Positions 21,410 through 31,803 are shown, counted from the stretch's first letter. The stretch: 64,000 nucleotides of DNA from an actinobacterium acMicro-4 (GCA_000754445.1 JNSD01000001.1:9351-73350); one strand, 5' to 3'. Numbers and translations: made by a program. The notes: generated from the letters alone by a model not told the origin.

Positions 21410-21985
21410 CTAGGGAAGTGACCTTTGCATCAAAATGATGCCAATCCAGCGCTCAAACTTGAACCCGACCTTGCCCATTCGCCCTGTTTTCACAAAGCCA
21501 AACTTCTGATGGAGCGCAAGCGAGGCTTCAGCGCCGTGGTCAGCGATGACCGCGATTATTTCTTTGAGTCCGGCGTCTGTGCAGTGCTCGATAAGATCAG
21601 CCAGGAGAACGGTTCCTAGCCCGCGGCCGGTCGCGGCCGGGCCCAGATATATGGAGCTCTCGACGGTCTTTCGAAAGGCTGACTTCTCGCGAAAAGGGAA
21701 CACATAGGCGTAGCCAAGGAGAGTGCCCTGCGGCGAGCGGGCAATTCTGAAGGGGTAGCCAAGCTTCTGAAGATGGCGAAACTTTGATCGAAACGCAGCC
21801 AGGGTGGGGGGTTTTTCGTCGAAGGTCACCACCGAGTTCCTCACATAGTGGCGATAGAGGCTAAGCACGTCGGGAAGATCGGTCTCCGTTGCGTCGACAA
21901 CGGACCATGTAAAGGTGGTCGGGGTAGTGGCCTTGGCAAGTGAGCGCGGCGGCCTGCGAGGCTTCTCGTATTCTTCCGTGAGCAT
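21410..21985 (-). CDS. GNAT acetyltransferase (Pat/MnaT-like)
   Basis: VESSIY, GRGLG, SLALHQKFGF, GFKFERW. Confidence 0.85.
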   Translation of the reverse strand: MLTEEYEKPRRPPRSLAKATTPTTFTWSVVDATETDLPDVLSLYRHYVRNSVVTFDEKPPTLAAFRSKFRHLQKLGYPFRIARSPQGTLLGYAYVFPFREKSAFRKTVESSIYLGPAATGRGLGTVLLADLIEHCTDAGLKEIIAVIADHGAEASLALHQKFGFVKTGRMGKVGFKFERWIGIILMQRSLP

Positions 21986-22692
21986 TAGTCGTCCTTATCC
22001 AAGTCCCAGTCAAGCGGATTAAGGCCGTGTTCTTCGAGTATGTGGTTGGTTCGGCTAAACGGCCTGGATCCACAGAAACCCCGCCTTGCGGAGAGCGGGC
22101 TCGGGTGCGCGGATTCGATTCTTTGCAACGACCCCAGCAACGGCGCCAACTCCTGCGCCTGTCTACCCCACAAAATCGGAACAAAAAAGTGGCCACCCTG
22201 GACCAGCCCTCTGATGACCAAGTCGGTAAAGCGCGACCAACCCAGAGCCCGGTGGGCTCCTGGCGATCCCACGAGGGTTGTCAGGTGTCGGTTGAGAAGG
22301 AAGACCCCGTGACGACTCCAGCGGGAAAGATCCCCGTGGGAGGGAAGCGGAAGTCCTACGTCAGCTGAGTACTCAGTGCGGATGTTGCGAAGGCTTGGCG
22401 GAAATGGGTGGACTTTGTGTCCCACTGAGAACGCGAGCCCGGTGGCATGGCCAACACCGGGGTAGGGGTCCTGCCCAACAATCAGCACTCGAACATTTTC
22501 TGGTGGCGTTGCAAAAGCCTTGAGTATATTCTCGGGCAGAGGCGTCACCAGGGCTGTCTGGCTCGGATTCTGATCGAGACGCTGTCCGATCGTCTGAAGA
22601 ATATCGAGACCCTCGTCTCCGACTAGCTGAACCCAGCTCTCCGGCAGCGTCGTGGGCAGTAGTTCACCAAGTGCCGATAGGGGCATGGGCAA
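21985..22692 (-). CDS. ung: Uracil-DNA glycosylase, family 1
   Basis: GQDPY and HPSPLS motifs. Confidence 0.93.
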   Translation of the reverse strand: MPMPLSALGELLPTTLPESWVQLVGDEGLDILQTIGQRLDQNPSQTALVTPLPENILKAFATPPENVRVLIVGQDPYPGVGHATGLAFSVGHKVHPFPPSLRNIRTEYSADVGLPLPSHGDLSRWSRHGVFLLNRHLTTLVGSPGAHRALGWSRFTDLVIRGLVQGGHFFVPILWGRQAQELAPLLGSLQRIESAHPSPLSARRGFCGSRPFSRTNHILEEHGLNPLDWDLDKDD

Positions 22693-22695
22693 AAA

Positions 22696-23322
22696 CTACC
22701 GGGTTGTTTGCTGGCGCATACCCTCAAGCAGTCCGACGCCCTTGTCATAGGCTGCTCGGCCGCCCGGTTGGAGAAGGGCGGAGTACCACGAGTCTGGGTA
22801 CAGGTTGTTGTGCAGGGCAGGAACGTTAAAATCGTCGCCCCAAATCCAGTAGGTCAAAGCACCATCGCGTGATTGCCCGACGTTCAGATTCTGAGCGAGA
22901 AGGTCATTGATCACCCCGGGTCTGGCAGCCTCGGTCACCGGCGCAACACTGAGGAGAATTGACACCGCAGCCTCTTCCTCGCCAGGGACTGAGTACAGGC
23001 AAGAGATTCCCCCGACAAGCTCTTCCGGGGTGTTCCCCTCAACAAAAATTGGCTCCGTGCTGGAGCTACCGGGGCCCTTAACTAGTTCGATACCCTCAGC
23101 AGCCAGACCCGCGATAGCTGATTCTGGCAACAGGGTGGTGCAGTCGGCCGGCGGGCTGAAGGAGAGTTGAACGACTTCAGCCTGTTCTGTCTCGGCGGCA
23201 ACCTCGTCATCAGTGGTCACCTGGTCGGCACCATCGCCTTGGCTCGTGCTACACGCGGAGAGGGAGAAGACTAGAAAACCGGCGAGAGCGGCTGCGCGGT
23301 AGATTTCGCGGTTGCGCCACAT
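22696..23322 (-). CDS. Hypothetical lipoprotein
   Basis: Signal peptide with lipobox LSAC; SD AGGAGG. Confidence 0.75.
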   Translation of the reverse strand: MWRNREIYRAAALAGFLVFSLSACSTSQGDGADQVTTDDEVAAETEQAEVVQLSFSPPADCTTLLPESAIAGLAAEGIELVKGPGSSSTEPIFVEGNTPEELVGGISCLYSVPGEEEAAVSILLSVAPVTEAARPGVINDLLAQNLNVGQSRDGALTYWIWGDDFNVPALHNNLYPDSWYSALLQPGGRAAYDKGVGLLEGMRQQTTR

Positions 23323-23452
23323 GGCTTTCCTCCTTGGAGCGTAGTATACGGCCCAGGACGCCTGGAAACCCTGGAATCAGTTCACACACAGCGTGTCGTG
23401 GGGGGGATGATCTACCAGCGCTTTAGGGGGTCAGCCGGTTGCGCGGCCACTA

Positions 23453-24154
23453 CTAGCCCGCGAAGACCTCGCGATTCTTCGCGGCGTCGAGGGTGAGGGT
23501 CTCTGCCTGGCCAAATGCATAGTTGGTGCTCACCCACGCCATGCACGACGTTTCTGCCAGAGACGACGGGCAGAGAACGGAAGCCAGGAAGTGGGCTTCC
23601 GTCGCGAGGTAGTCGCCTGATTCATCGGAGGTGGTGGAATCGATGTTCCAGAGCACTCCGCCCCCCGTCTCCTGCTGAGTTGCTCCCGCGGACTCTAGTG
23701 CTGCACTGACCGCCGAGGCCTCGTCGGGGTTGACCACCGCGAGGGAGGTCACTGACACGCTCTCACTGGCTGGGAGATACCAGGTGCACGAAATCCGTAA
23801 ATCCGTTCGCACATTTTTCAGCAGACCCACTAATTCAGGGTTCGTGGTCCCATAACCGTAATCGCCCTCGCTGGTGTCCCCCATGTTCACGCGCTCCTGC
23901 GCAATCAGAGTGCCGGTTTGCCCCGCCGAGAAGAGCTCATCGCAGGTGGGGATCACAAAGCCGGTGTCCTCAGGGGTTAGAGCCTCCTCAAGTTCGGTGG
24001 GGGCTGCAGCCTCGTCGGGGGTCGCTATGTCCTCGACAACCGACTCGACGGCGGGCAATACCCCCCAGTCTTCGAGGACCGAGCACCCCGAGAGCAGCAG
24101 CGCACTGCCCACTAGTGCTGACAGTCGCATCAGTCTCCTGGCTCTGGGATGCAT
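23453..24154 (-). CDS. Hypothetical lipoprotein, probable distant paralog of its neighbour
   Basis: Lipobox LSGC; shares P-x-C-x2-L and ISC motifs with 22696-23322. Confidence 0.72.
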   Translation of the reverse strand: MHPRARRLMRLSALVGSALLLSGCSVLEDWGVLPAVESVVEDIATPDEAAAPTELEEALTPEDTGFVIPTCDELFSAGQTGTLIAQERVNMGDTSEGDYGYGTTNPELVGLLKNVRTDLRISCTWYLPASESVSVTSLAVVNPDEASAVSAALESAGATQQETGGGVLWNIDSTTSDESGDYLATEAHFLASVLCPSSLAETSCMAWVSTNYAFGQAETLTLDAAKNREVFAG

Positions 24155-24169
24155 CGTTTCGTCCTTAAC

Positions 24170-25000
24170 TTATGGTGCGTGGGGCTGGTCGACAGACAGG
24201 TCCACGAAGGAGGCTATCTTTCGCCAGTATGCCCTAATCAAGTCCACATCTGCGGCACCGGGATGGGTCGGCCCGTCGGGTGTCAAACCATCAAAATACG
24301 TTCCATTGGCTACCCCCAGTTCCGGGGTATCCACCAAATGCACCAGAGGTGCCGCACCCGCTTCTGCGCTAATTTGCATCCAGCCAGAAAGCGCCAAAAT
24401 CATTCTTCCGCTGCGAGATTCCGCTCCGAAACCGCTGCGAACATAGCCCGGGTGAACAGGGTAACTCTCGAGTCCGGTGCGCTGTGCCAGAGACCGCGCG
24501 TAGAGAATGACACCGAGCTTGGCTGCGGCGTAGGGCCACCAGCCCGCGCCGTAGCGTCGGGTAGTGAAACCGAGGTCATCCAGGTCGATGCGACCGAGAC
24601 GCGAGACCATCGACGAGGTATGAATCACGCGACCCCTGGCCGCAATCAGGTGAGGGATTAATTCTTCGGTGAGGACAGCACCGGCGAGCACGTTGCGCTG
24701 GAGCGTCAATTCGTGACCGTCAACGCTGAAACTGCGCTTGGCGACAATGCCCCCGGCATTGTTGACCAGTACATCAATGTGGTCAAATCTGGTGGAGAGC
24801 TCCTGCGCTAAACCGCGGACCTCATCGAGTCGATCAAAGTCACAGATGAACGGCGTTCCGCCGATTTTGCCGGCCACAGCCTTAGTTCGCTCGGGGTTTC
24901 GTCCCACCACAGCAACCCGCCACGATCGTCGGGCAAGTTCTTCTGCGACCTCGGCACCAATTCCATTGCTGGCGCCGGTCACTACGGCAATGCGGTCCAT
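24170..25000 (-). CDS. Short-chain dehydrogenase/reductase
   Basis: TGASNGIG, NNAG, YAAAK, VHPG. Confidence 0.9.
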   Translation of the reverse strand: MDRIAVVTGASNGIGAEVAEELARRSWRVAVVGRNPERTKAVAGKIGGTPFICDFDRLDEVRGLAQELSTRFDHIDVLVNNAGGIVAKRSFSVDGHELTLQRNVLAGAVLTEELIPHLIAARGRVIHTSSMVSRLGRIDLDDLGFTTRRYGAGWWPYAAAKLGVILYARSLAQRTGLESYPVHPGYVRSGFGAESRSGRMILALSGWMQISAEAGAAPLVHLVDTPELGVANGTYFDGLTPDGPTHPGAADVDLIRAYWRKIASFVDLSVDQPHAP

Positions 25001-25096
25001 CGGACCCTTTCTCGATGCTCCCAAGCCTAACGGCGCGGGCGGACTTCGTCACCCGGTGGCTACCCGCGGGGGCCTGGCACGGGGCAACCATGCTCT

Positions 25097-26923
25097 TTAG
25101 GGACGCAGGCGCTCCCGGGTCTGGTCCAATTGGCGACTGATTTCCTTGGGCAACCTAGAACCTAGAGCTTCCAGGAAGGTCTCGGCATCATCGAGGTCGT
25201 CGGCGACTGCCTGGGCATCAATCTCGAGCAACGACTCGAGAGCGCTCCTCCCGAGGTCGAGGCCCTCGAGATTGATGCTCTCCGGGGTCCAGCCAATGGC
25301 GGTTCGACGTGCAGGAACGCGTCCTTCCAGGCGCTCGACAATCCACTCGATAACGCGTGAGTTTTCGCCAAAACCGGGCCAGATGAAATCACCGTTTGCG
25401 TCTCGCCTAAACCAGTTCACCTGGAAGATTCTCGGGGGTCGCCCGGTCACCCGGAGCGTGTTGCCCATCTCGAGCCAGTGGGCCAGGTAATCGCCCATGT
25501 TGTAACCGAGGAAGGGGAGCATCGCGAAGGGGTCGCGGCGGACTTCGCCGAGGGTTCCCTCAGCGGCGGCGGTGCGCTCTGAGGCGATAGTCGCACCGAG
25601 GAAGACGCCGTGGTTCCAGTTGAGGGCCTCGGTGACCAGGGGGATGGTGGTGGAGCGGCGACCACCAAAGATGATGGCGTCAACGACAAGACCCTCGGGG
25701 TCGTCCCACTCCTCGGCCAATGTGGGGCACTGGCTGAGCCCGACAGCGAACCGGGAGTTTGGGTGGGCAGCAGGGTGGCCTGAGGTCTTGTCGTGGGGTT
25801 CACCCTGCCATGTCGTGAGGCCCTCGGGGGCTTCCTTGGTCATCCCTTCCCACCAGATGTCACCCTCGGCCGTCAGAGCGGTATTGGTGAAGATGGTGTT
25901 ACCCCAGAGCATCTCCATGGCCGAGGGATTGGTCGCCTGGCTAGTGCCAGGGGCGACTCCGAAGAAGCCTGCCTCGGGGTTGATCGCGCGAAGTTTGCCA
26001 TCGCGACCCGGGCGCAGCCAGGCGATGTCATCGCCGAGGGTTTCGACCTTCCAGCCGGGGAGGCTTGGGCGCATCATCGCGAAATTGGTCTTGCCACAGG
26101 CGCTCGGGAACGCGGCAGCCATCGTGTAGGTCTTGCCCTCGGGGCTCGTCACTTTCACGAGCAACATGTGTTCGGCTAGCCAGCCTTCTTTCCTGGCGAT
26201 TACTGAAGCGATGCGCAGGGCGAAGGCTTTTTTAGGCAAGAGAGCATTCCCGCCGTAGGCGGATCCGTAGGACCAGATTTCGAGGCTCTCGGGAAAGTGG
26301 CTGATGTACTTGGTCTCGTTGCAGGGCCAGGCGACGTCCACGTCGCCCGCGTTCAGTGGCGCCCCCACGGTGTGACAGCACTTAACCCAGGAGGCACCCG
26401 CGCTAATCATCGAGAAGACTTCGCTACTGACCCGCACCATCATCTGGAGGCTCAGTGCCACATAGGGTGAGTCGGTGACCTGGACTCCAAGTTTTGACAG
26501 TGGTGACCCGAGTGGCCCCATCGCGAAGGGCACCACGTAGAGGGTGCGACCGCGCATTGAGTCCTTGGCGAGGCCTCGCAGTGTGTCCTTCATTTCGATG
26601 GGGTCATACCAATTATTGGTGGGACCAGCGTCCTCTGGATCGAGCGAGCAGATGAAGGTCCTTGACTCAACCCGTGCAACATCGCTGGGGGCACTGCGAG
26701 CCAGGTAGCTCTGTGGGCGAAGGTTGGGATTGAGGTGAATCAGAGTGCCACTAGCCACCATGACGGCGATGAGTTCGTCGGCTTCTGCCTTGGACCCGTC
26801 ACACCACAGAACGCTCTCGGGTGAGGTGAGGGCAGAAATCTCGTTGACCCACTCGATCACATCCACCGGTCGTGATTCGTCAGTCTTGGGCGAGGCACTG
26901 GTCACGGTGTCGGTGAGGGTCAT
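25097..26923 (-). CDS. pckG: GTP-dependent PEP carboxykinase
   Basis: FPSACGKTN, GDDIAW, HPNSRF, NWFR. Confidence 0.96.
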   Translation of the reverse strand: MTLTDTVTSASPKTDESRPVDVIEWVNEISALTSPESVLWCDGSKAEADELIAVMVASGTLIHLNPNLRPQSYLARSAPSDVARVESRTFICSLDPEDAGPTNNWYDPIEMKDTLRGLAKDSMRGRTLYVVPFAMGPLGSPLSKLGVQVTDSPYVALSLQMMVRVSSEVFSMISAGASWVKCCHTVGAPLNAGDVDVAWPCNETKYISHFPESLEIWSYGSAYGGNALLPKKAFALRIASVIARKEGWLAEHMLLVKVTSPEGKTYTMAAAFPSACGKTNFAMMRPSLPGWKVETLGDDIAWLRPGRDGKLRAINPEAGFFGVAPGTSQATNPSAMEMLWGNTIFTNTALTAEGDIWWEGMTKEAPEGLTTWQGEPHDKTSGHPAAHPNSRFAVGLSQCPTLAEEWDDPEGLVVDAIIFGGRRSTTIPLVTEALNWNHGVFLGATIASERTAAAEGTLGEVRRDPFAMLPFLGYNMGDYLAHWLEMGNTLRVTGRPPRIFQVNWFRRDANGDFIWPGFGENSRVIEWIVERLEGRVPARRTAIGWTPESINLEGLDLGRSALESLLEIDAQAVADDLDDAETFLEALGSRLPKEISRQLDQTRERLRP

Positions 26924-26940
26924 GGTTTCTCCTTGGTTGG

Positions 26941-26963
26941 TCTTGACACAACTATCGTCAAGA
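26941..26963. promoter_or_regulatory. Candidate operator in the pckG/regulator divergent region
   Basis: TCTTGAC-N9-GTCAAGA inverted repeat. Confidence 0.5.
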
Positions 26964-27026
26964 AAAACGCCGCCCCATGACCAAAATGCTCGTCAAAAAC
27001 CAGCTTTTTTGCGATATTGTCAGACA

Positions 27027-28469
27027 ATGATAGAAATTCTTGCTCTGGGCCAACGAATTCGTCACGTTCGGCAGTCCGCTGGTTTGACGCTTGAGGATCT
27101 GAGCGTCCACGTCGGTGTGACCCCCAGTCAGCTCTCGCTCGTGGAGACGGGCAAGCGCGAGGCGAAGATTGGCTTACTCTCCGAGTTGGCTCGGGCTCTC
27201 GATGTCGAGGTCTCTGAGCTCCTCGACGAATCCCCCCCGACCGAGCGCGCCCGCTTAGAGCGCGACTGGGCAAAAGCGCAACAACGCCCACTCCACGCAT
27301 CCCTGGGCTTACCGGAAATTAAAGCTTCAAAGTCGCTCAGTGATGATCACCTCAGAGTGTTGCTGGGACTCCACGAGGAATTGGTGCGTCGCGAAACCCG
27401 AGCGATTGCAACACCGGAAGAGGCCAGGCGGGCCAACACCGAGTTGCGATTGCGGATGCGCGAGCGCAATAACTACCGCGCGGACCTAGAGGACCTCGCC
27501 GAAAACCTGGTCCGTTCCGTGGGCCACCAGGCGATGGGTGCGCTCACCCACCGCGAGGTGGCGCAGATGGCTCAGAAGATTGGGTTAGAAATCGTTCACG
27601 TGGGTGACTTGCCTCGCAGCGCACGCAGCGTGACCGATTTGGCAAACGGTCGAATATATCTTCCCCCCGCGTCGATTCCTGGCGGCCACGGGCTTCGCTC
27701 CCTCGCCCTCCAAGCGATCGCCCACCAGTTGATGAAGCACCCGGTTCCCACCACGTATGAAGAATTCTTGGAGCAACGACTCGACATCAACTACTTCGCC
27801 GCCGCCTGTCTGATGCCACAGACGCAAGCAGTGGAATTTCTCGCTGGCTCGAAGAAGGCTAAGAATTTGGCGGTGGAAGATTTCCGGGACGCCTTTGGTG
27901 TTACTCACGAAGCCGCCGGTTTGCGCTTCATGAACCTCGCAACCGAGCACTTGGGTCTTACCCTTCACTTCCTCCGTGTGGGAGATGATGGCACTGTCTA
28001 CAAGGCCTATGAAAATGACGGGCTGGCCCTTCCACTCGATGTCACAGGGTCGACCGAGGGTCAGATTGTCTGTCGGCACTGGAGCGCCAGAGAAGCGTTC
28101 GTGCGCACCAATCGGACGACCGAGTACCACCAATACACCGACACCCCCGAGGGAACCTTCTGGGAGTCCACCCAAATTGGCACCTCCGCCACCGATGAGT
28201 TCTCCATCACCGTGGGTGTCACTTTTGAAAACGCAAAGTGGTTTCGAGGCCGCGACACCGCCGAGCGCAAGCTCTCCCGATGTCCAGACGCGGAATGCTG
28301 CAGGCGGCCGGCGCCAGAGCTCACCGAAAAATGGTCGGGCAAAGCGTGGACCAGTGCGCGCCTGCACGCCCACGTGCTCTCGCCGCTGCGCGGCGGCATG
28401 TTCCCGGGTGTCGATGACATCGAACTCTTTGAATTCTTGGAAGCCCACGAGAGCCCTGATCGAACCTAG
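27027..28469 (+). CDS. XRE-family regulator, RamB/PrpR/ScfR-like
   Basis: N-terminal HTH (LSLVETGKR), NYFAAACLMP, C-terminal CPDAECC; divergent from pckG. Confidence 0.85.
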   Translation: MIEILALGQRIRHVRQSAGLTLEDLSVHVGVTPSQLSLVETGKREAKIGLLSELARALDVEVSELLDESPPTERARLERDWAKAQQRPLHASLGLPEIKASKSLSDDHLRVLLGLHEELVRRETRAIATPEEARRANTELRLRMRERNNYRADLEDLAENLVRSVGHQAMGALTHREVAQMAQKIGLEIVHVGDLPRSARSVTDLANGRIYLPPASIPGGHGLRSLALQAIAHQLMKHPVPTTYEEFLEQRLDINYFAAACLMPQTQAVEFLAGSKKAKNLAVEDFRDAFGVTHEAAGLRFMNLATEHLGLTLHFLRVGDDGTVYKAYENDGLALPLDVTGSTEGQIVCRHWSAREAFVRTNRTTEYHQYTDTPEGTFWESTQIGTSATDEFSITVGVTFENAKWFRGRDTAERKLSRCPDAECCRRPAPELTEKWSGKAWTSARLHAHVLSPLRGGMFPGVDDIELFEFLEAHESPDRT

Positions 28470-28487
28470 AGGGTGGCTTTAAGACTG

Positions 28488-28560
28488 TGCCCCCAGCAGG
28501 ATTCGAACCTGCGGCCTTCTGCTCCGGAGGCAGACGCTCTATCCCCTGAGCTATGGGGGC
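28488..28560 (-). tRNA. tRNA-Arg(CCG), CCA not encoded
   Basis: GCCCCCA/TGGGGGC acceptor stem, anticodon loop CTCCGGA, GGTTCGAATCC T-loop; divergent from argS. Confidence 0.96.
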
Positions 28561-28626
28561 TCCGTGGGCGTTACTAGGCTACAGCCTCGAGTCCAGGGAC
28601 GCGCCTCACCGCTAGGATTGGGCGTT

Positions 28627-30285
28627 GTGGACCCCAGGGCGCTAGCGAATGACATCGCAGAAGTCACCAAGCGCCATGCCGCATCCCAATCTCTCGCGAT
28701 TGTGGTGGAGGGCGCCGATATTGCCCTTGAGCGGCCCAAGGGCAAAGATCACGGTGACTGGGCCACCTCGATCGCCCTCAAGTTAGCCAAAGATTTCTCC
28801 AGCAATCCGCGTGAGCTTGCCACAGCGCTCTCGAGCGCTATCGAATCACTCCCGGGTGTTGCCAAAGCCGACGTAGCGGGCCCAGGGTTCATCAACATCA
28901 CCCTCGACGCTGGAGCCGCAGGCGAGCTCGTTGCGACGATTGTGAAAGCCGGAGACACCTACGGGCACGGAAAAGACTTGGCGGGGGAAACAATCAACCT
29001 CGAGTTTGTCTCGGCGAATCCCACCGGACCACTCCACATCGGGCACACCCGCTGGGCAGCACTCGGTGATGCGCTCGCCCGGGTGCTGCGCGCTGCGGGT
29101 GCGGAAATTGTCAGCGAGTTTTACATCAACGATGCCGGCGCCCAGATGGATGTCTTCGGGGAATCGATCATCAGCGCTGCGACAGGGCAACCCGCTCCGG
29201 AAAATGGCTATCACGGCGCATATATTCAAGATTTAGCTGCGCGCGTGTTTGCAGACAACCCCGGGCTGCTGGAGCTTCCCCAGGAAGAACAGATACCCCT
29301 TGCCCGGGATGCTGCATACGAACTGCAGCTCGCTGAGATTAAAGAATCCTTGGCGAAGTTCAACGTCGTTTTTGATATCTGGTTCTCAGAACGCTCACTT
29401 CACACCCCGGGCCCCGATGGCACAAGCCTTATTGACGCCTCTGTTGCCCGTTTGCGCCAGGCCGGCCACGTCTATGACGAGGACGGTGCCATTTGGGTGC
29501 GAACAACCGACTTTGGTGATGACAAGGACCGGGTGATCAAGCGCGGCAATGGCGCCTATACGTATTTCGCAGCGGACGCCGCCTACTACCTCTCCAAGTC
29601 TGACCGCGGTTTTGCTAGAAAAATCTATCTCCTCGGTGCTGATCACCACGGATATATTCACCGCTTGAAGGCGCTTGCCGGTGCCGCCGGGGAAGACCCC
29701 GATACCAACGTGGAAATCTTGATTGGCCAGCTCGTCAGCATCAACGGCGCGAAGCTCTCCAAGCGAGCTGGAAACATTATCGAGCTCGATGATTTGCGCG
29801 AGTGGCTGGGCACCGACGCCCTTCGGTACTCACTGGCTCGTTATCCAGCAGATTCGCCACTCACGCTCGATTCCGACATTCTCACCAAGCACACCAATGA
29901 CAACCCTGTCTTCTATGTTCAGTACGCTCACGCGAGGACCCACCAGGTTGCTCGCAACGCAGCGGCTGCCGGGGTTACCAGAGATGTTTTCGAGCCCGAG
30001 CTCCTCGGTCACGAGAGCGAGGCATCGCTGATTGCCTCACTCGGTGATTTCCCCCGAGTTATTAGCCAAGCAGCCCAGCTGCGCGAGCCACACCGCATTG
30101 CCCGGTATATCGAGGAAGTCGCCGGGGTCTATCACCGCTGGTATGACAGTTGCCGGGTTACCCCCCAGGGTGATGCGCCAGTGGAGGCCGTCCATCACAC
30201 GAGGCTGTGGCTCAACGATGCCACCGGCCAGGTTTTGCGCAACGGCCTTGGCCTGCTGGGTGTCAGCGCACCGGAGCGTATGTAG
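28627..30285 (+). CDS. argS: Arginine--tRNA ligase
   Basis: SANPTGPLHIGH (HIGH), LSKRAG, YVQYAHAR, APERM end. Confidence 0.96.
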   Translation: MDPRALANDIAEVTKRHAASQSLAIVVEGADIALERPKGKDHGDWATSIALKLAKDFSSNPRELATALSSAIESLPGVAKADVAGPGFINITLDAGAAGELVATIVKAGDTYGHGKDLAGETINLEFVSANPTGPLHIGHTRWAALGDALARVLRAAGAEIVSEFYINDAGAQMDVFGESIISAATGQPAPENGYHGAYIQDLAARVFADNPGLLELPQEEQIPLARDAAYELQLAEIKESLAKFNVVFDIWFSERSLHTPGPDGTSLIDASVARLRQAGHVYDEDGAIWVRTTDFGDDKDRVIKRGNGAYTYFAADAAYYLSKSDRGFARKIYLLGADHHGYIHRLKALAGAAGEDPDTNVEILIGQLVSINGAKLSKRAGNIIELDDLREWLGTDALRYSLARYPADSPLTLDSDILTKHTNDNPVFYVQYAHARTHQVARNAAAAGVTRDVFEPELLGHESEASLIASLGDFPRVISQAAQLREPHRIARYIEEVAGVYHRWYDSCRVTPQGDAPVEAVHHTRLWLNDATGQVLRNGLGLLGVSAPERM

Positions 30286-30386
30286 TTCTTGGGCGTGGTT
30301 CGCTATCCTTGTGGTGGCTTCAGGAACCAATCCGGGTTCGCTCGCCTCACACACAATCGTTCCAACGTGAGGTGGTCTTTTCTCTA

Positions 30387-31799
30387 ATGTCTTCGACGCT
30401 TGCCCCATCCTGGCGAAGTGCGCCACGTGACCCGAATGCGCTGCAGTCGGGCGTGTGGCCTGCTAGTGCTGCCAGGAATCCGCAGGGTGAGCTGGTTATC
30501 GGTGGCGTGGGGGTAGCAGAGTTGGTAGCCACCTATGGCACACCGCTCTATGTGATGGAGCGCAGTGATCTGATTGCCAGGGCACGCTCCTTCCTTGCTA
30601 GCGTGACGCAGGCGTGTGCCGCTCACGGAGTGAGCGGCAGTGCCTACTACGCCTCTAAGTCCTTCATCTCGGGACATGTTGTGTCGTGGTTGATAGCTGA
30701 GGGGCTCGGTTTTGATGTCGCAACCGGTGGTGAATTAGCCATTGCGCTTGCCGGCGGGGCCGATCCTTCACGTATTGAATTCCAGGGGAACAACAAGTCA
30801 CAGGCCGAACTTCACCGCGCCATATCCGCGGGAGTTGGGTGCATAGTGATCGACGCTCCGATTGAAGCCCACAGAATCAGCGCAATCGCCGACGAGCTCG
30901 GAGTTCACCAAAGCGTGATGATTCGGGTCAATACCGGTGTCCACGCCGACACCCATGAGTATCTGGCAACCGCTCGCGAGGACCAGAAGTTTGGCCTGTC
31001 CATTCCGGAAGTCGCCGCGCTGGCTGGCGAGATTGCCTCGATGCCCGGGCTCTCGCTGGTGGGATTGCACTCTCATATTGGGTCGCAGATTTTTGCCCTG
31101 GAGGGCTTCCTCGAGGCGGCGACCAGAATGGTGGCTCTGTATGCCGAGCTCTTTGCCGGTAAACCCCAGGGCACCCTGAATCTTGGCGGCGGCTTTGGCA
31201 TTGCCTACACCGAATCCGACGCGCCGCTTGCGCCAGAAGCAATGGTTGCTGCCATTGTCGATCACGTTGCGCAACGCGCAGCGGCTCTCGATATCGCAAT
31301 GCCCCATATCGCCTTCGAGCCGGGTCGAGCTATTTCTGGCCCAGCCGGGGTAACCCTGTATTCGGCCGGGGTCATCAAGCCCGTGTCTGTGACTGCCGCG
31401 GATGGTTCGGTGTCGGTGCGCACCTATGTCAGCGTGGATGGCGGGATGAGCGATAACGCGAGGCCGGCACTGTATGGAGCCCACTACAGCGCCAGGATTG
31501 CCAACCGCGTCTCGGCGTCTGACCCTGCGCTGGTGCGAGTAGTGGGTAAGCACTGCGAGAGTGGCGACATTGTTGTCGATGCGGATTATTTACCCGCCGA
31601 TGTGGCACCGGGTGACCTGATTGCGGTTGCGGCAACTGGCGCGTATTGCCACTCCCTAGCCAGCAATTACAACGTGGTGGGGCGACCACCGGTGGTGTGG
31701 GTGGATAGCGGCACACACGGCCTCATGATCGAGGGCGAATCCCTCGAGGATGTGCTCGGGCGAGACCGCGGTCTCCCTTCTGGAGAGTCAGGAAAGTAA
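30387..31799 (+). CDS. lysA: Diaminopimelate decarboxylase
   Basis: YASKSF, HSHIGSQ, EPGR, HCESGD. Confidence 0.95.
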   Translation: MSSTLAPSWRSAPRDPNALQSGVWPASAARNPQGELVIGGVGVAELVATYGTPLYVMERSDLIARARSFLASVTQACAAHGVSGSAYYASKSFISGHVVSWLIAEGLGFDVATGGELAIALAGGADPSRIEFQGNNKSQAELHRAISAGVGCIVIDAPIEAHRISAIADELGVHQSVMIRVNTGVHADTHEYLATAREDQKFGLSIPEVAALAGEIASMPGLSLVGLHSHIGSQIFALEGFLEAATRMVALYAELFAGKPQGTLNLGGGFGIAYTESDAPLAPEAMVAAIVDHVAQRAAALDIAMPHIAFEPGRAISGPAGVTLYSAGVIKPVSVTAADGSVSVRTYVSVDGGMSDNARPALYGAHYSARIANRVSASDPALVRVVGKHCESGDIVVDADYLPADVAPGDLIAVAATGAYCHSLASNYNVVGRPPVVWVDSGTHGLMIEGESLEDVLGRDRGLPSGESGK

Positions 31800-31803
31800 A
31801 GCA

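Noticed and set aside
28440-28560. tRNA-Arg as an integration site
   Set aside because: Flanked by ordinary genes; no att repeat or mobility gene
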